In this document: positions 36,117 to 50,282 of the stretch, piece after piece
How the letters are laid out: every line of letters starts with the position of its first letter
Numbering within the stretch: position 1 is the first letter of the stretch
NCBI RefSeq assembly: GCF_041956535.1
Contig: NW_027192192.1
Location: forward strand, 561,796 to 625,795
DNA length: 64,000 nucleotides
Direction of reading: 5' to 3'
Source of the DNA: Calcarisporiella thermophila CBS 279.70
Taxonomy: Eukaryota > Fungi > Calcarisporiellomycota
Position numbers and translations under genes: made by a program
Notes under the pieces: generated by a model
Databases searched by the model: none
Told to the model about the DNA's origin: nothing
What the model saw: only the letters and a program-made list of their open reading frames with translations

Positions 36117-37731
36117 TAAATAATCTGTTATTCTCCTTTTTGTTGTACTAAATTTGTGAAAATATTTCAGGCTTTAAATATTCCCTCATCTCTTTTTTTT
36201 ATAATTCTAAGAATGGGTTTTGTTTTATTTTCCTTGGTTTTTTTTCTTCTTTATTGCTTTTCTTTATTGGTTTTCTAACTTGCACTTTTGCCATATAAAT
36301 ATTTTTATATATATCTTCGCTGGTATTATATTTCTTCCCTCTATATTTCAACGATGGAGTCTATGTTACTTTATCCACTCTTCGCTATATAGAAAACTGT
36401 GCTTCTTATTTTCACTACAATAAATGTTTCCTAGGGTTTGAGTGTAGAATACAGTAGGCAGTCGATTTTATCCACAAGGATATTTGGCATTCCTAGTGCA
36501 ACTCTTTTCAGAGCATTGGGCTGGGGGTCGCCTACTCCGCCCAAAAGTGTAGGTGGAGTTGCTGTAGAAGAGGATCTGTGAGGTTAGGTTGATTATTTTT
36601 TATATCTGCATACTCCACAGTTGCATGAAAAAGTATATAGTAATCGGCAGACTCATCAGACATGTAAATCTTTTCCCACAATACAGCCAGAGTGGACCTG
36701 TTGGCAAAGTTGAATCTTTGGTAGCGATAGTTCGACTCATCTCCGCGATGAATCTAGATATCCCGCGAATTTGGGATCGACCCCTGTGTCTAAAGACGCC
36801 CCCTCCCCCTCTTCCTCCCGGCGGGAATAGTTTCAGACTGGGGCTCTGAAAGAGTGAATCCCTCTCTCCCCGAGCTATGTTCTCTGATTCAGATATCCTG
36901 ATGTGGATGGTACGTGGCGCATAGTTGCAGAAACACAAATGGGAGACAAGGGAATTTTACCCTTTCGACATGACTCAATCTGGGGAGAGCCACAATCCTG
37001 GTTCCAACACGGTTGTGAGGCTCTTGGCATTGGCTTAGTTGGAGATTTGGGCTAGATAGCTTTGCGAATTCTTGGTTATTTTCCCATATCATCCGAATCC
37101 ACACGCAGATCCACTGAGTGTCGGGATAAATCTTTGCGATACGCAGGGGATTCAGGTTCAAACAGCTACTAGGATCCGAAAACCGCGCCCTTACTCCATT
37201 TGACGTTACTGGCACCAAATCCAGACCTTAATACTGAACCCTAACGTAAACCCAAATTCTATTGTAATGTTTAATCGATGGAGGTTATGGTAGGTGGACA
37301 AAAGTAGTCTTATAGTGAGCATGCTGCCTGTCTATTTTTCATCCAAGTACAAGATGGCGACATTTCTTGTGGTAGATAGCCCTAGATCTAGTTAGCTTTG
37401 TATGTACTAATGCTTATGTTGACAGAATAAAATGGAGCCAACTTCTAAACATTGTAATTAGGAGAGGCAAGACCTGCTTTCACCTAGTACAGTAAGCAAA
37501 TATTCTAGGATAAACGAACTTTTGGACCCATTGTACAAAGGAAAATTTGATTAAAAATATGTTTATATTAAAAGAAAAAAGAAAACAGATGAAAGCAACT
37601 ACTATTTCCCGGTATGAAGTTTTCCTATATAATGATATATATATATTTGACTTTCTACATAAATATTTGCTTACAAGCATTTAGAGAAGATTTAAGTAAA
37701 AAATAACTAAGTGCAAACTAAAACGTCCCCT

Positions 37732-40544
37732 CTAATAAGAAATCATCGATCTTCTCGAGTACTTTCTCTTCTGCATTTCCCGGAAAGCAGCTAGAGCACT
37801 CGCGACGTAAACCGCTTTTCGCACCTTGCAAATAATCTTCCGCATGCGCTCTGCCTTCTCAATCTGTGCCTTCCGCAGGCGAAGCTTCTCGCGGCGAGAA
37901 CGAGATGGCCATAGCATGACCGTGCGTTCGAAAGACCATTGTCTAAGCCAAAGGGAGTAGGTTAGTACAGGGCCGAGGCCAAAGCCGGCAGGAATGAGGT
38001 TAAGTATACATACCGGAAGATTTGCACCTTCACCACGTCCAGCACAAACATGTATGCAAGCGACACTCCCATGATGGACAATCCCCATCCCCACCCAATC
38101 GGACCGATTCCCTCGCCCTCCCCAAAAATCCCGTAGATCGACATCAGCATGGCGAACACCTGTGTCGCGAGAATAATGAGGGTGAAGACGAGCGAGGGAA
38201 TGTTCTGCCAGATGTACCCGGGGATACGGGTAGAGAAGATGACGAAGTGAGGAGCAGAGGAGATATGCAGATACATGATCGTGTTCAGCTGCGTTTTCGA
38301 AACATGGAACACCAACTTGGCGACGTAATAGTGGGCAAAGGACATTGCACTCAACAAGAGCGCCAGCACAACACTGAGGAACATCAGCTGCCCAAGCCGC
38401 CACTTGTCGGGGCGCTTTGAGATTTGGGTGTTGTCCCAGGCAATCACAATGGTCGCGGCGTCATTCAACACTGCAATTAGGATCAGGAGCAGGGCGGGCA
38501 TCTCCCATTGTTCGATTAGAGTGATAAGGAAGAAGAAGATGAGGAAATGGATGGTGGAGGTGATACGATAGAGGGCATAGGAGCGCATGCGTTGGAAGAT
38601 AGCACGTGACGTGCGGATGCCGTCTACAATCGTGGATAGACCGGGTGCAAGCAGCACAATGTCAGCAGCAGAACGCGCGGCATCGGTGCAGCCGTGGACG
38701 GCAATGCCCACATTCGCCTTTTTGAGCGCGGGGGCATCGTTCACACCATCGCCGGTCATTCCAACCAGCAACCCCTTCTTCTGCAGCAGCTCCACCACTC
38801 GGTACTTGTGCTCAGGAATCACTTGGGCAAAACCGTCCGCCCGCACACAGTGCTCAGTCACCTCCTCCTCGCCCTTGTTCGGATCCACAAGATGGTTCGC
38901 ATCGAGAATCACACGCTGCATCCCCAGACGCTGTGCCACCTCCTTGGCGATGATGAGCTGGTCACCCGTGATCATCTTGACGTTGACTCCCATTTTCTCG
39001 CATTCCGCGATGGTTTTTGCCGAATCAGGGCGAGGCGGATCCAGGAGGGAGATCATTCCTACAAGCTCATAGGTCTCTACATCGCCGGGTATAGTTCTTG
39101 CGACTCCCAGTGCTCGTAATCCCCTCCGAGCCAACGCGTTCACGGCCCGTACAGCGTCATCGTTTCCTCCCACCAGCTTGATGATCACCTGGGGCGCCCC
39201 CTTGGCCACCTTGAAGATTTGCTGTGTGTTTTGGTTCAACACCGTGGCTTGTGTCATCTTGGTGGTGGGGTTGAACGGCAGGAAGGACGTGACCTTGAAT
39301 CCGGGCACGGTGGTCTTGTTTGCCCTCGACTGAAGAATTTCAAGCTGTTCCTCAGCCGCCCGACGCACCGCACTCTCGATGGGATCGTTGGCTCCGGGCT
39401 CTGCGGCCAGGTAGGAGTACAGTAGGATATCGTCCGAGGTGAATCCCGGGCACAGGTATGGCTCGTCGAACGTCAGCTCGTTCAGAGTTAATGTGCCAGT
39501 CTTGTCGGAGCAGAGCACAGAGATGGATGCCATTTCTTCGACTGCAGTAAGACGCTTCACAATGACATGCTTCTTTGCCAATTGCTTAGCACCGAATGCC
39601 ATGGTAACGCTCATGACGGTCGGCAGACCAACCGGAATGGCTGCAATGGTCAACACCAAGATCTTCTTCAGCGAATCAAGCACGTTCTGGGCGCGAGTGA
39701 GGATCAAGAGGTAGGCAAGCAGCACCACGACCATGGCGACAGACATGAAGATGAGGAAATTGCCGATCTTGTTGATGATCTTCTGGAAATGCCCCTCCTC
39801 GGTGGTGATGGAGATGAGATTGGCGGCACGGCCGATGAATGTCTGCGCGCCCGTCTTGGTGACGACGGCCATCTGCTGACCTTGCTTGATTACCGATGAG
39901 GAATAGACGGTGCTGCCCTGAGTTTTGGTCACTGGGAGCGATTCACCAGTGAGCGCCGACTGGTCCACATAGAGCTCACCCTCGGTCTGCTCACCATTGA
40001 CCCCGATGCCCAACAACCTCGCATCCGCAGGGATGATGTCGCCGAGACGAAGCACGATGACATCTCCAGGGACGAGCTCTTTCGCATCAACCTCGACGAG
40101 GTTGCCATCTCTCCACGCCCTGGTCTTGAGTGCGAGATTTTGTTTAAGGGCATCAAGAGCACTTTCCGCCTTCGCCTCCTCCACGAACCCGATAATTGCA
40201 TTGATGAATAGCAAACCAAGGATAATGCCAAAATTGATCCAATCTTGGGTCACAGCGGCCAAAATACACGCGATTTCAATTAAATAGGCAATGGCTCCCG
40301 TGAAGAAGCTGAGAAACTTCAGAATAGGGTTCTGCTTCTTTTGCGCAAGCTCGTTGAGGCCAAACTTTTCGCGGCGTTCCGCCACCTCTTCTGCGGTCAG
40401 CCCATGTAGAGGGTTTGTATGTAATAGCGCCTCAAGTTCCGGAGGGATGGAATCTTCATGCTCGACGTGTTCGTGTTCCTCAAATTCGACGGTGGTTTTT
40501 TTGTTCTCTCCTGGAGAGACTTCAATGTCGCGCTGTTCTAACAT
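37732..40544 (-). CDS. PMA1: Plasma-membrane H+-ATPase (P3A)
   Basis: DQSALTGES, IPVGLP, CSDKTGTLT, KGAP, DPPR, MTGDGVNDAP; one intron near the C-terminus and a probable 5'-UTR intron (about 40551-40630). Confidence 0.97.
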
Positions 40545-41961
40545 GGAGGTCTAAAACAAACAACTATCAAGGGACGCGTTAGTATAAGAGGCGGTGCTCA
40601 GATGGCGACCATGAAGACTATGCAAGTTACATTTATCAAGCAACACTGAGTGTGAAGTGAATGACCAAGTTATTTGCGGACGAAAGAGGTAGAGACGCAC
40701 AAGAATTAGGACTCTGAGAAATGGGAAAAGACAAGTGCAGAGCAGAGGAAAGGAAAAGGAAGAGACACAGGTAGGTCAACTGAGATAAGAAGGGTTTTTG
40801 GTGGTAGATAGAGAGTTAGATACGAGAGTGAGAGATGGTTAAACCTGGAGTCTTAAGAAGCAAATCTCAAACACAGTGAAACAACCAAAATAAAAGCTCT
40901 TGCATATAAATCATTAACAAGTGTCGAGGGCAAAGTATATAAAAAAACAACTAATATTGGGTTCTCATATGAAGCAGAAAAAAAAACTTGAAAACAGCTC
41001 CCTTATAAGTGGGTTCTTCCGATCAAGATCACAAAGCCGACACAACACGCATATTGCAGATAAACGGGGAAAGGGTTAGCCAGAACATTCTTTATATGCA
41101 GGCAGATCTGACTAATTGTTTTAGTAGCAATAAAACGCAGCTTGCCTCTCATACATGAGATTGTGGTGAGGGGTATGGCCATGGGTTTTCCTTTTCCAGT
41201 CGTGTGAGGATCATCCTCGACTGAAATGAAATTACTTATTGCAGCAGAATATTCCATTCGAATATTGCCAGTTTCACCCTATCGTTTCATATTTTCCTGT
41301 TTGCGAATTTCCTATCTATCCGGTGGCAAACAATTTTTCTGTAAATATTTTAAATTAAACCAATTTGCAATCGACCGGGAATGATCACAACTCTAAATGC
41401 CTGAGAATGGGGTTGGCTTCGCCCCCCGCCGCCCCGAACTGAGGCCGAGCCGCGCCCTTGGCAGCCAGACCCTTCGCCGCTGCTATTTTTTCCTCTCACC
41501 TAATTCAACTTTGGACTAGATCTGAGCTTCTGCGCGAGCGTAGGTATCCCGCATCTCGGCTAACTTGCAGCAGCCATGAAGAGAGGAAATTTCTTTTCCT
41601 TCCACTTGGCTCTGGAAGAAATAAATTCCCCTGATCATGCGCAGAAAATCAGAAGTACAAAGGCTCCCGAAGGCTCGAAAACAAACACCTCGAAACAAAC
41701 CGCCTCCCTTGGTCCGAACCGCCTGCATAGTCTTGGCAGTGTGCTAGAATCTTGGTCCCTCTCTTAGCTTACCGCCCCTGACTTGCCAGTCACGCCATTG
41801 CCTGGATTTCGCTGCAATCTTTCGAAAATGCACACCTCTCCTCACGCTACCGCTGCATGAATTTCTGGGTGTTAAATCCCATTCAAACAAAATAATTGCT
41901 AGGTTGAATTGGCAGTCACGTTCCCTTTCTACACTCTACCCTTTCTATTTCGACCCTTCAA

Positions 41962-42661
41962 ATGGCAGAGCAGTTGCCGCTGCCAGAGGCGCCAGCGGAA
42001 TCGGCTTCAGCTTCCCAAAAGGGATTGGAAACAATGCCAGCATCTTCAGAAAACATCAACTATGTTGCTTATGAATCTGAGCTCCAGCTGCCGGGAATTA
42101 TGGCTTTGATAGAGAATGATCTCTCCGAGCCATACAGCATCTACACCTACCGTTATTTTATTCATAACTGGCCCCAATTATGTTTCATGGTATTGCATTT
42201 CTTGTTGCAATTGTATTTTAGGAACTTTCCTGAGGTGTTGAGTTCTTTTTTTTTTTTTGGCTAATTACGAGTTTTGAAAGGCAATGTTAGGGGAGAGATG
42301 TATAGGAGTTATCATCTGCAAACTCGACGATCATCGCGGTAGACTGAGGGGTTATATTGCAATGCTGGCCGTATCGCGCGACTTTCGGAAACGAGGTCTG
42401 GGAACCGCGCTTGTGTGTCGAGCGATCAAGGCAATGAAGGAGGAGAAGGCGAATGAGGTAGGCTCATGGCGAATTTTTTTGAAAGCTTTCAAGTCGACAC
42501 TCAACCGGTTTGAATAGATTGTGCTTGAAACGGAGGTCACCAACCTGGGCGCGCTGGCGCTCTACGAGCACCTAGGGTTCATCCGGGACAAGCGACTTCA
42601 TCGGTATTATTTAAACGGAGTGGATGCCTATCGTCTGAAACTCTTCTTTACACATGCCTGA
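41962..42661 (+). CDS. MAK3: NatC catalytic N-acetyltransferase (NAA30)
   Basis: '[14 protein letters not shown]', 'RGYIAMLAV', 'LETEVTN..AL.LYE.LGF', 'RYYLNGVDA'. Confidence 0.95.
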
Positions 42662-42919
42662 TAAAAGAAATGGTCCTGTCACCCATCTCTGCCCGAATTT
42701 GCGACCAAATTTTTGGTTCGCAGCTGAAAAAATCCCAAACCCCTACTGGCCTGGCTTCTCCCTTATTCCCCTTCTACCCAGCCCCTCATAATACTCCCTA
42801 ATAAATTCAATTAAGGACTCTAAAGGACAAGCTTGAGGAATTCTCTCAGTACCATCTCCCTCCCCCCTTCCCCCTACCCCTTCTTATTTATTTATCCTCG
42901 CCTCCATACATCTTCACCT

Positions 42920-44472
42920 ATGTCAGACGTTATTGACGACGATCTCTACAATCCTGTCGAATTTGATGACGAAGAATTCTCACATAATTCTGAGAACAGA
43001 GAGAGGGACAAAGAACATGAATTAAGGTATCAAGAAGGTAAAGACGATGAACGTTCACGAGGGCGAGAGCGAAATGAAGAGAATGAACGGAGGATCAGAA
43101 AAGAAGATAAGAATGAAGAACAGCCACAGCATGGTAACAATGACAAGGACGTGCCTGAGGATGGGTGAGTACCTCTTTTGAAGCATTGGCAACTCTTCCT
43201 CTAACCTGGCCGATCCACTAGGAAAATGTTTGTTGGGGGCTTGGACTGGAGTGTGACGGATGGTAAGGGGATGGACGGACGAGACAGATTTCAATTCAAT
43301 TCATATTAATTCAAACTGTTCATTCTCTTAGAGGAGCTGCAAAAATATTTCTCACGGTTTGGCCAGGTGCTATCCACAAGTGTGATGCGTGATGGAACCG
43401 GACGATCCCGTGGTTTCGCGTTCCTGACATTTGCGGACCGGGAATCGGTCGACCGATGTCTAGCAAAAGAGAAGCACATATTACACGGTAAACCGGCAAG
43501 TATTTTTCACCTCCCCCGGGTTTTCACGCAACCCATCCTGTCGATGCATACTAAATTCCAATGATCCTAACTTCCCTGATAGATCGATCCAAAACGGGCG
43601 TTAGCTCGCGAAGAACAGGAAAAAGCCGTCAAACTCTTTGTAGGGGGATTACCCCAAGACGTTACTTTGGAGGAGTTTCGCGCATTTTTCTTACAGTACG
43701 GCAAAGTGGTTGACGCGACACTTGTAACAGATAGAGAGACAGGACGCTCGCGAGGTTTTGGATTCGTGTCTCTTGAGGGAGGAGTGGAGCAGGTATTAGC
43801 GGAGACAGACTTGAAGATGCGAGATAAAACCGTGAGTATCTTTGCCTGTCCGCTACCTCTTTTACGTTTCTCGTCCACCCACCTCACTTCTTTGAAATTC
43901 CCAACGCTTTCAACATCTAGATTGAGGTAAAGCGCGCCGACACCCGCCACAAGCCCAAACGTGCAGCCATGGCAGCCGCCGCTGCAACGGCTGGCCAGTA
44001 CATCCCACCTCCGCTCTTAAACAACCCATTTGCTGCTCAATGGGGAATGGATCCAGCCGCCATCCCATCTCCAGGAGGCCGCTATGCTAACAACACCTTC
44101 ATGGGTGGAATGCGGCCCGGAATGCCCGGAGCGGCAGGGAATATGGCTGCATATGGTCGGTTTGTAGGGCCTTGGGGAGGCATGATGAATGGGGGAGCAG
44201 GATATGACCAGGCTGCCTACTACAGAGCGTACGCTCAATATGCATCCATGTCTGGAATGGGATATGGCAACATCAACGCGTTTGGTGGGGGAATGGTGGG
44301 AGGAAGCTTAGTGGGGGCGGAGTTAGATGAGGTGGGCGAGGACGGGAATTCAGGAGGAGGAGGGGGGGGTGGTGGCGGCAGTGGAGCGGGGAGGAGGAAA
44401 GGAAGTGGTGCAATACACCCAAGCCAGGGTGCAAGAGGACAACGCTCATATCAGCCCTATTCTCGGAAGTGA
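42920..44472 (+). CDS. Two-RRM hnRNP-type RNA-binding protein (Hrp1/Musashi-like)
   Basis: KMFVGGL / RGFAFLTF and KLFVGGL / RGFGFVS; Gly-rich tail ending in a PY-NLS-like 'RGQRSYQPY'. Confidence 0.9.
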
Positions 44473-45185
44473 ATCTAATTTGTTTCGAAAGGGCTAGACT
44501 AATAGTATATATATATACATATATATATTCAATATTTTTATATACTTTCACCATCATTACCACTGTCACAATCATGAGTTTTTTTCGGCAGAAAAGAAAA
44601 TAGTTTGCTTGGTTTCCTTGTTTTTTGCTTTACCATATTTTTCCTCTCTATATATAAAATATATTCTATATATACATATATATGTGCGTGTGTATACATT
44701 CGCATACCTCGCTACGAAACTGATCTGTGCCTTCTTATGTGTTGTGGATTTACTCGCTAGTATGTGGGGTTTTCTCTTGTAAATATACATTGGCATACCT
44801 ATTTAGATGTGTACGCATATTCACATAGACACAATAGACACTTTCTCCCACATACACAGCCCAGGGCCCTCTTTCCATCCCCCCAGTGATGCGCAGCTGG
44901 CTCTTCCTCTTGCTTAAGAAGGAGCGGATATTCTATGCTCTTTTTGTGGGAGATTAAAGTTTTCCACGATGGTTACGGTAAAACTTGTCAATTCGATAAA
45001 CGCAATAGCAAATAGAAATGCCATGCCGAAATTAAAAAAATTGTAGATCCGGGTGCACGTGATACTTCCTTTATTAACCCAAATCATATAAATATGAACG
45101 CGCCACTAGCACCTTTCTCCTGACTGATGCAATGAAAGAGTGTTAGGGCGGTTCATTGCCTGATAATCTTTTCGTGCGCTAATTC

Positions 45186-46058
45186 ATGATGATTCACCCC
45201 GAATATATCCTCGGTAATGTATTTCTCCTCTTCACGCTTTTTGTCGATTTCGTCGGCTGGGTCGTCCTCTTTGGCTCGGCATGCGCCATCCGCGATGCCT
45301 CATTGCTATGGTGGTGCGCCGTGTTCGAGCTCGTGCTTCTGCTGGCAATTCTAGGGTTGGCGCTGGTGGGCGGCCTATGGAATTATCACCTGGCGGTAAA
45401 GTTTACTGAATCTTTCTGTGGAGAGTACGCGCTCTGAGTATCGAATTCTCATCTGATTTATTTGCCGATAGATTGTTGGCTTCCTGACCTATAGTATTGT
45501 CCTATTAACCATCCTGGCCCAAGATTTTGCATTTAGCAGCTCCTCCCCTGGCCAAGCGGCTGCTGGAGGCATCATCATTCTACTCTTAGTCCAGGTGAGG
45601 CTCATTTTTTCGTCATACTAAGGCTATCCATCTAACATCGCTGGTGTGTTTTTCTCAAGTTTACCTGGCTAGTGGCATTTGGCTCGGCAGAGAACACCTT
45701 CTTCTCGCAGAATGTGAGTGGTCTATACCGTAATGTCACCGCAAATCCCAAATTCGCCACTGCCCATCCGGGCTCTAATCTACCCACCACTGCTGAAGTA
45801 CCAGTGGAGATCAATGCCACCGAGGGAGGGCCAATGGGCGGCGCTCGCCCCGCAAGCACAATCCAGCCCGATGCCTCCTACATTTACCGTGCCAAGGCCC
45901 TCTACAATTATTCTGCCAATCCCGAGGATCCAAATGAGATTAGCTTCGAGAAGGATGAAATTTTGGATATCGCCTCGACACAAGGCAAATGGTGGCAGGC
46001 AAAACGCAGCGATGGTTCGGTCGGGATTGTGCCCAGCAATTACTTACAACTTGTTTGA
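45186..46058 (+). CDS. SHO1: Osmosensor Sho1 (4 TM + SH3)
   Basis: Four TM segments then SH3 'AKALYNYSANPEDPNEISF..GKWWQA..GIVPSNYL'. Confidence 0.92.
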
Positions 46059-46567
46059 AATAATGCAGATTCTCCTCCGCGTTTTTAATGTTATTTGCTT
46101 CTAATTAACGTATATACTGTCATTTTCCTCGGTATTCATTAGGATTATATGTGAATTTCTTTCCTCCCTTTCCTCCCATTTTATAATGTTGCATACATAC
46201 CTACTTGCACTCCCACTTATGAATTAATAGTCCACTATGCAATAAAACCTTTTATCAATGCCGAACTCTCTTCCTTCGTCCTAGGGAGATGTCTCTTGGG
46301 ATCTTCACCCCAAAGCGAGGGCGATATACACAAACGCATTGTATGAATGCTATTTGAGCACTCGGATCAGGATTTCTCGCGACTTCCTAATAACAATTTC
46401 TTATTTGTATACAGCAGAATTCACATACACAATATAACAGCACATCCAAAGAGTCTATGATTAAATTACTATGTATTCTTGATGGATGAGGGCCAATGGT
46501 GAAATACTGATGAGTAGGTAATGATGCCATGGATATGGTTCGGATAAAATGAAGTGGGATAGGGCGC

Positions 46568-47853
46568 TTACAGCTCCAGAGTGAAGTTGTTCATCACTTT
46601 CCGAAGCAAGTGCTCTCCATATACCACTGCGTCATACTTCCTCTCTTTATCCCCAATACATTTGGCAATCGGTTCAACCCGTGCGTGGAAATTGGGCTCG
46701 AAGAAAAAGGGCACCGACACTCGATAGCACTGACCACGATGGATCACTCGATGCAGGGTTGACTGATAGAGATCATTGGTCCAAACGTTAAGCATATCGC
46801 CGATATTGACGACATAGGCTCCCGGCACGGGATTAGCTTGAATCCAATCCCCTTGTTTGGTGCGAACTTGAAGGGCGCCCGGGGTAGAGTCTTGGAGTAG
46901 TAGCGTAAGACAGCCATAGTCTATGCATTTGTGGGGTAACAAATTAGAAGAGATCAGCATGGAAGAAAAACTTTGGTTAGGGCTATCTCTTGGCGAAAAG
47001 AGCAGTGATAAAATGAAAGCCCAAGGGTTGGCAGAGATTTAGGATATGAGGGAAAAGTGGGTGCGAGAACAAACAGGGGAACTTGGTATTCACGTACCAG
47101 TATGCTCGCCACAGCTCACTCCGACATCTCTGTCGTTGGCATCCTGAAGAGGCGGATACCCAATGGCGCGCATCACCCAAAAGCTCTTATCGACACAGCT
47201 GTCAAAAAAGGTTTCCTCCAAACCTAGTCCCAACGCAATAGCGCGCATTACCACTGCGCCCAGAGCCAACATTCGCTCAATATATACCTCGAAGGTGGGG
47301 CGAAACGAGGCCGGCTGGGTGGGCCATAGATTGGCGCCACGAATAGGGAGACCCTTCTTTACAAGAACATGATCCGGTTCCACAGGGCGGTACAGATCAA
47401 TTCCCTAATAACATCGATGATTGAGTGAAGTATTAAGGAGATATGAAGAGAAACAGAATAAAAAGACCAGCATTACCTCATGGTAGTCTTTGCGCCCTTT
47501 TGTGATATTCTGTCCAAGTTTTTGGTAGCCTCTAGGAGATACATTCAAGCATGGATATCTTCACGATTCTAATTCTCCACATGCTTCGAAGCAAAGTATA
47601 GTTACCTGGCATTGTCATTCTTTTCGATTCCAATCGCCAACTTTTCTTCCTCTGGCCGTTCAAAAAACTCTCTTGCAACTTTTAAAACTTCTTCGTTAAG
47701 CTCCGTGGGCACTCCATGACCTACGAGGTAGAAGAAGCCCACATCACGACATGCAGTATGAATGGCTTCTGCGCATGAACGTTTCTCAGCGGGATCAGAA
47801 GAGGATGAGACGAATGGAGAAATGTCAATTATTGGCAGGGAGTACTGGGTCAT
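46568..47853 (-). CDS. 2-oxoglutarate/Fe(II) dioxygenase (IPNS-like, DIOX_N)
   Basis: 'LPIIDISPF', 'ACRDVGFFYLVGHG', HTD..H iron triad (CGEHT-DYG; STLHRV), RVS motif. Confidence 0.93.
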
Positions 47854-48372
47854 CGACTTTGCACTATTCTGTTGGCTATTGTTAAAGAAGAGTGGCGGAA
47901 AAGTGGAAACGTGAGGGCAGGTGTGCCCTGACCCCACAAACTCTCTAGCTAAAACCGCTTGTGAAAAAATGTCTAGTCACAGGAAAAGCTTTGAATGATC
48001 AAAATCGATTCTACATCAAGAGACTGGGAAATAGAGTTTCGGCCTGCAAAACAGAAGTGACAGCATGAGAGCCTAATTCAGCCGAAGAATGCCAAGTGCA
48101 ACCTTTTTTCTTCTTCCTCCATCCTAACAAAGAAAGAATCAAATTATATTGTACAGCATTGGAAGAAATATGAAGAGTGAAAGAGCAAAATACAAAATGG
48201 ATGAGCTAGATTAACTTAGGGGCGAGAAAGATATCCCTAGCGGAATATCTTTAAATAGAACACGAAGGGATAAAAAAAAAATAAAAAGCAGATATATCCA
48301 TAAGAAAAGCATCAAAAGACACACTTCTAGTGTTTATCGGAAGGTGGAGAAAAAGCAGGAGAAAAAAACATT

Positions 48373-50282
48373 CTAAACTTTGATTTCGCTTATCCCGTCC
48401 TTCTGTTTTCTTCTCTCCAGCAAAGTGGCCCGCTCCATACTCAGCTCAAATCTTCTCAAATCATGCTTGGTTACTACCCCAGCAAAAGCTGCCGCCATTG
48501 CGGCACTGTGGGTCCCACCGACGACAGGCGCAGTCCTACACGAGGATGGGGAGCCCGAAGTTGGACACGGGTGGCCTGAGAGAGGCATCGTGTGCAGGGG
48601 AGAGCACGTGCCGAGGTGGAGCAGCTTCATCTCCTCTCGAATCTGCGAGAAGTCCTTTCTCCTTGCAGCGCTACTCTCGTTGCTCGAGATCTCTTCCTCA
48701 GTCTCTTCTTCACTCGTTTCTACGCTGGTTTCCGTCTCCTCGTCCGCCTCTTTTATATCGAAGTAATGATTCCCACCCATTTTAAAACACCGTCGTGGCG
48801 TCGAGGCGCTTGTGGTGGATATGGAATTGCCACCCGTGGTCTGCGCTATGTCATCCTCGTGGCGCTGCACAGCATAGGACACGTCGATGATTTCCTTCAT
48901 AACCGCAATTCCGGGGGAGGCAAGGTCCCTTCTCGCAGTGGAATGCTGAGCTAGAGCCACGGGGGGAGAGAGAGCCTCTGCCTTTATCCATGGATGTCTG
49001 CAAGAAGAGGTGATGGTGAGAAAGAGTTTAGGGCCCCAGGGCCATGCGACGACACTTACTCAAAGAACTGGTCGATCGTGTATCGCTGCCGCGGATCCAC
49101 GCATAGCAAACGTCGGATCAGGTCCTTTGCACTCTCGGATATCGGATCCCACCATGGGCTCAAAAAGACGAACTTTCCTCGCGCTACTTTATGGGTCAAT
49201 GCGCACACATCTTCGCCCTCGTCGTAGAACGGCGGGAACCCGCAAAGCATTGTGTACAATACACACCCAAGTGCCCACATGTCCACGCTCTTGCTATAGC
49301 GCTCGTCACGCACGATTTCGGGGGCAGTGTAGCCAAGAGTGCCACAAGGGGTTCGTGTGGAACCCTCCCAGACCACTTTAGAAAGTCCAAAATCCGCGAT
49401 CTTGACTCGCCCTACTCCCCCTCCCCCGATTCCAGGTTGAAAGAGGCCCTCGGGCTGCTTATCCTCGTCGTCATGGGGGAACGACGGGGGCGGTTCATCA
49501 GACGGAATAAAAGGAATAGGCTCAAAGAGCAGGTTCTCTGGCTTGATATCCCTACAGAAACCAGCCCTTGTTAATACAGCTCCAGGAGAGTTGATTAAAC
49601 AGTTCAAAATATATACCGGTGTGCTACTCCCTTCTCTTTATGTAGGTATTTTATCCCCTCTGCCACCTGCACAATACAATGCCGAGCCAAATCTTCTGAA
49701 AAATAAGTAAGATCTACAATGCGCTGGAACAATTCCCCTCCCGGAAGGAGCTCCAGAATTAAATAGTAGTAATCGCGGGTCTCAATAAAACCATAGAGCT
49801 CAACAATGGATGGATGATGGAGGCCCCGCATAATCTGAACTTCCTTTTTTACATTTGCCCTCTATAATAAAAAAATAAATCAAATATGCATTACTATCAC
49901 AGAGTAGAACTAGAGATCAAAAAGGCCATACCTGTGAATTATTCAGCTCATATTTTCTCACAATTTTCACTGCACATAACTCTCCCTTCTGTGTGTCAAG
50001 AGCCTTGTACACTCGTGAAAATGCGCCCCTGTAATTTCTAGAATTAGACAAGGCTGCCAGTGACGCCTTCAAAATGATCACTTACTCTCCCATGCGCTCT
50101 AATAGCTGATAACGCTCCAACCCTGGATAATGCCTGGCACGCCTTGCTGCCATTACCTTTTCATTATGGCTGGCGGAGGTGGCCGTTGTTGAGTAAGATG
50201 AGATGGGATGAGAGGAAGTGGCGGCGGAGGTGGGTGAAGAGTTGAATTGAAAAAGTGATTTAATGTGGTCAATGACAGGCAT
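48373..50282 (-). CDS. CAMK-group MAPK-activated kinase, Rck2/Srk1-like
   Basis: HRDIKPEN followed by an acidic insert and 'GIGGGGVGRVKIADFG' characteristic of Rck/Srk1; TPCGTLGYTAPE; 'FELSMERATLLERRK' tail. Confidence 0.9.

Noticed and set aside
38022-40554. Multiple plus-strand ORFs opposite PMA1
   Set aside because: Antisense shadows of a highly codon-biased gene
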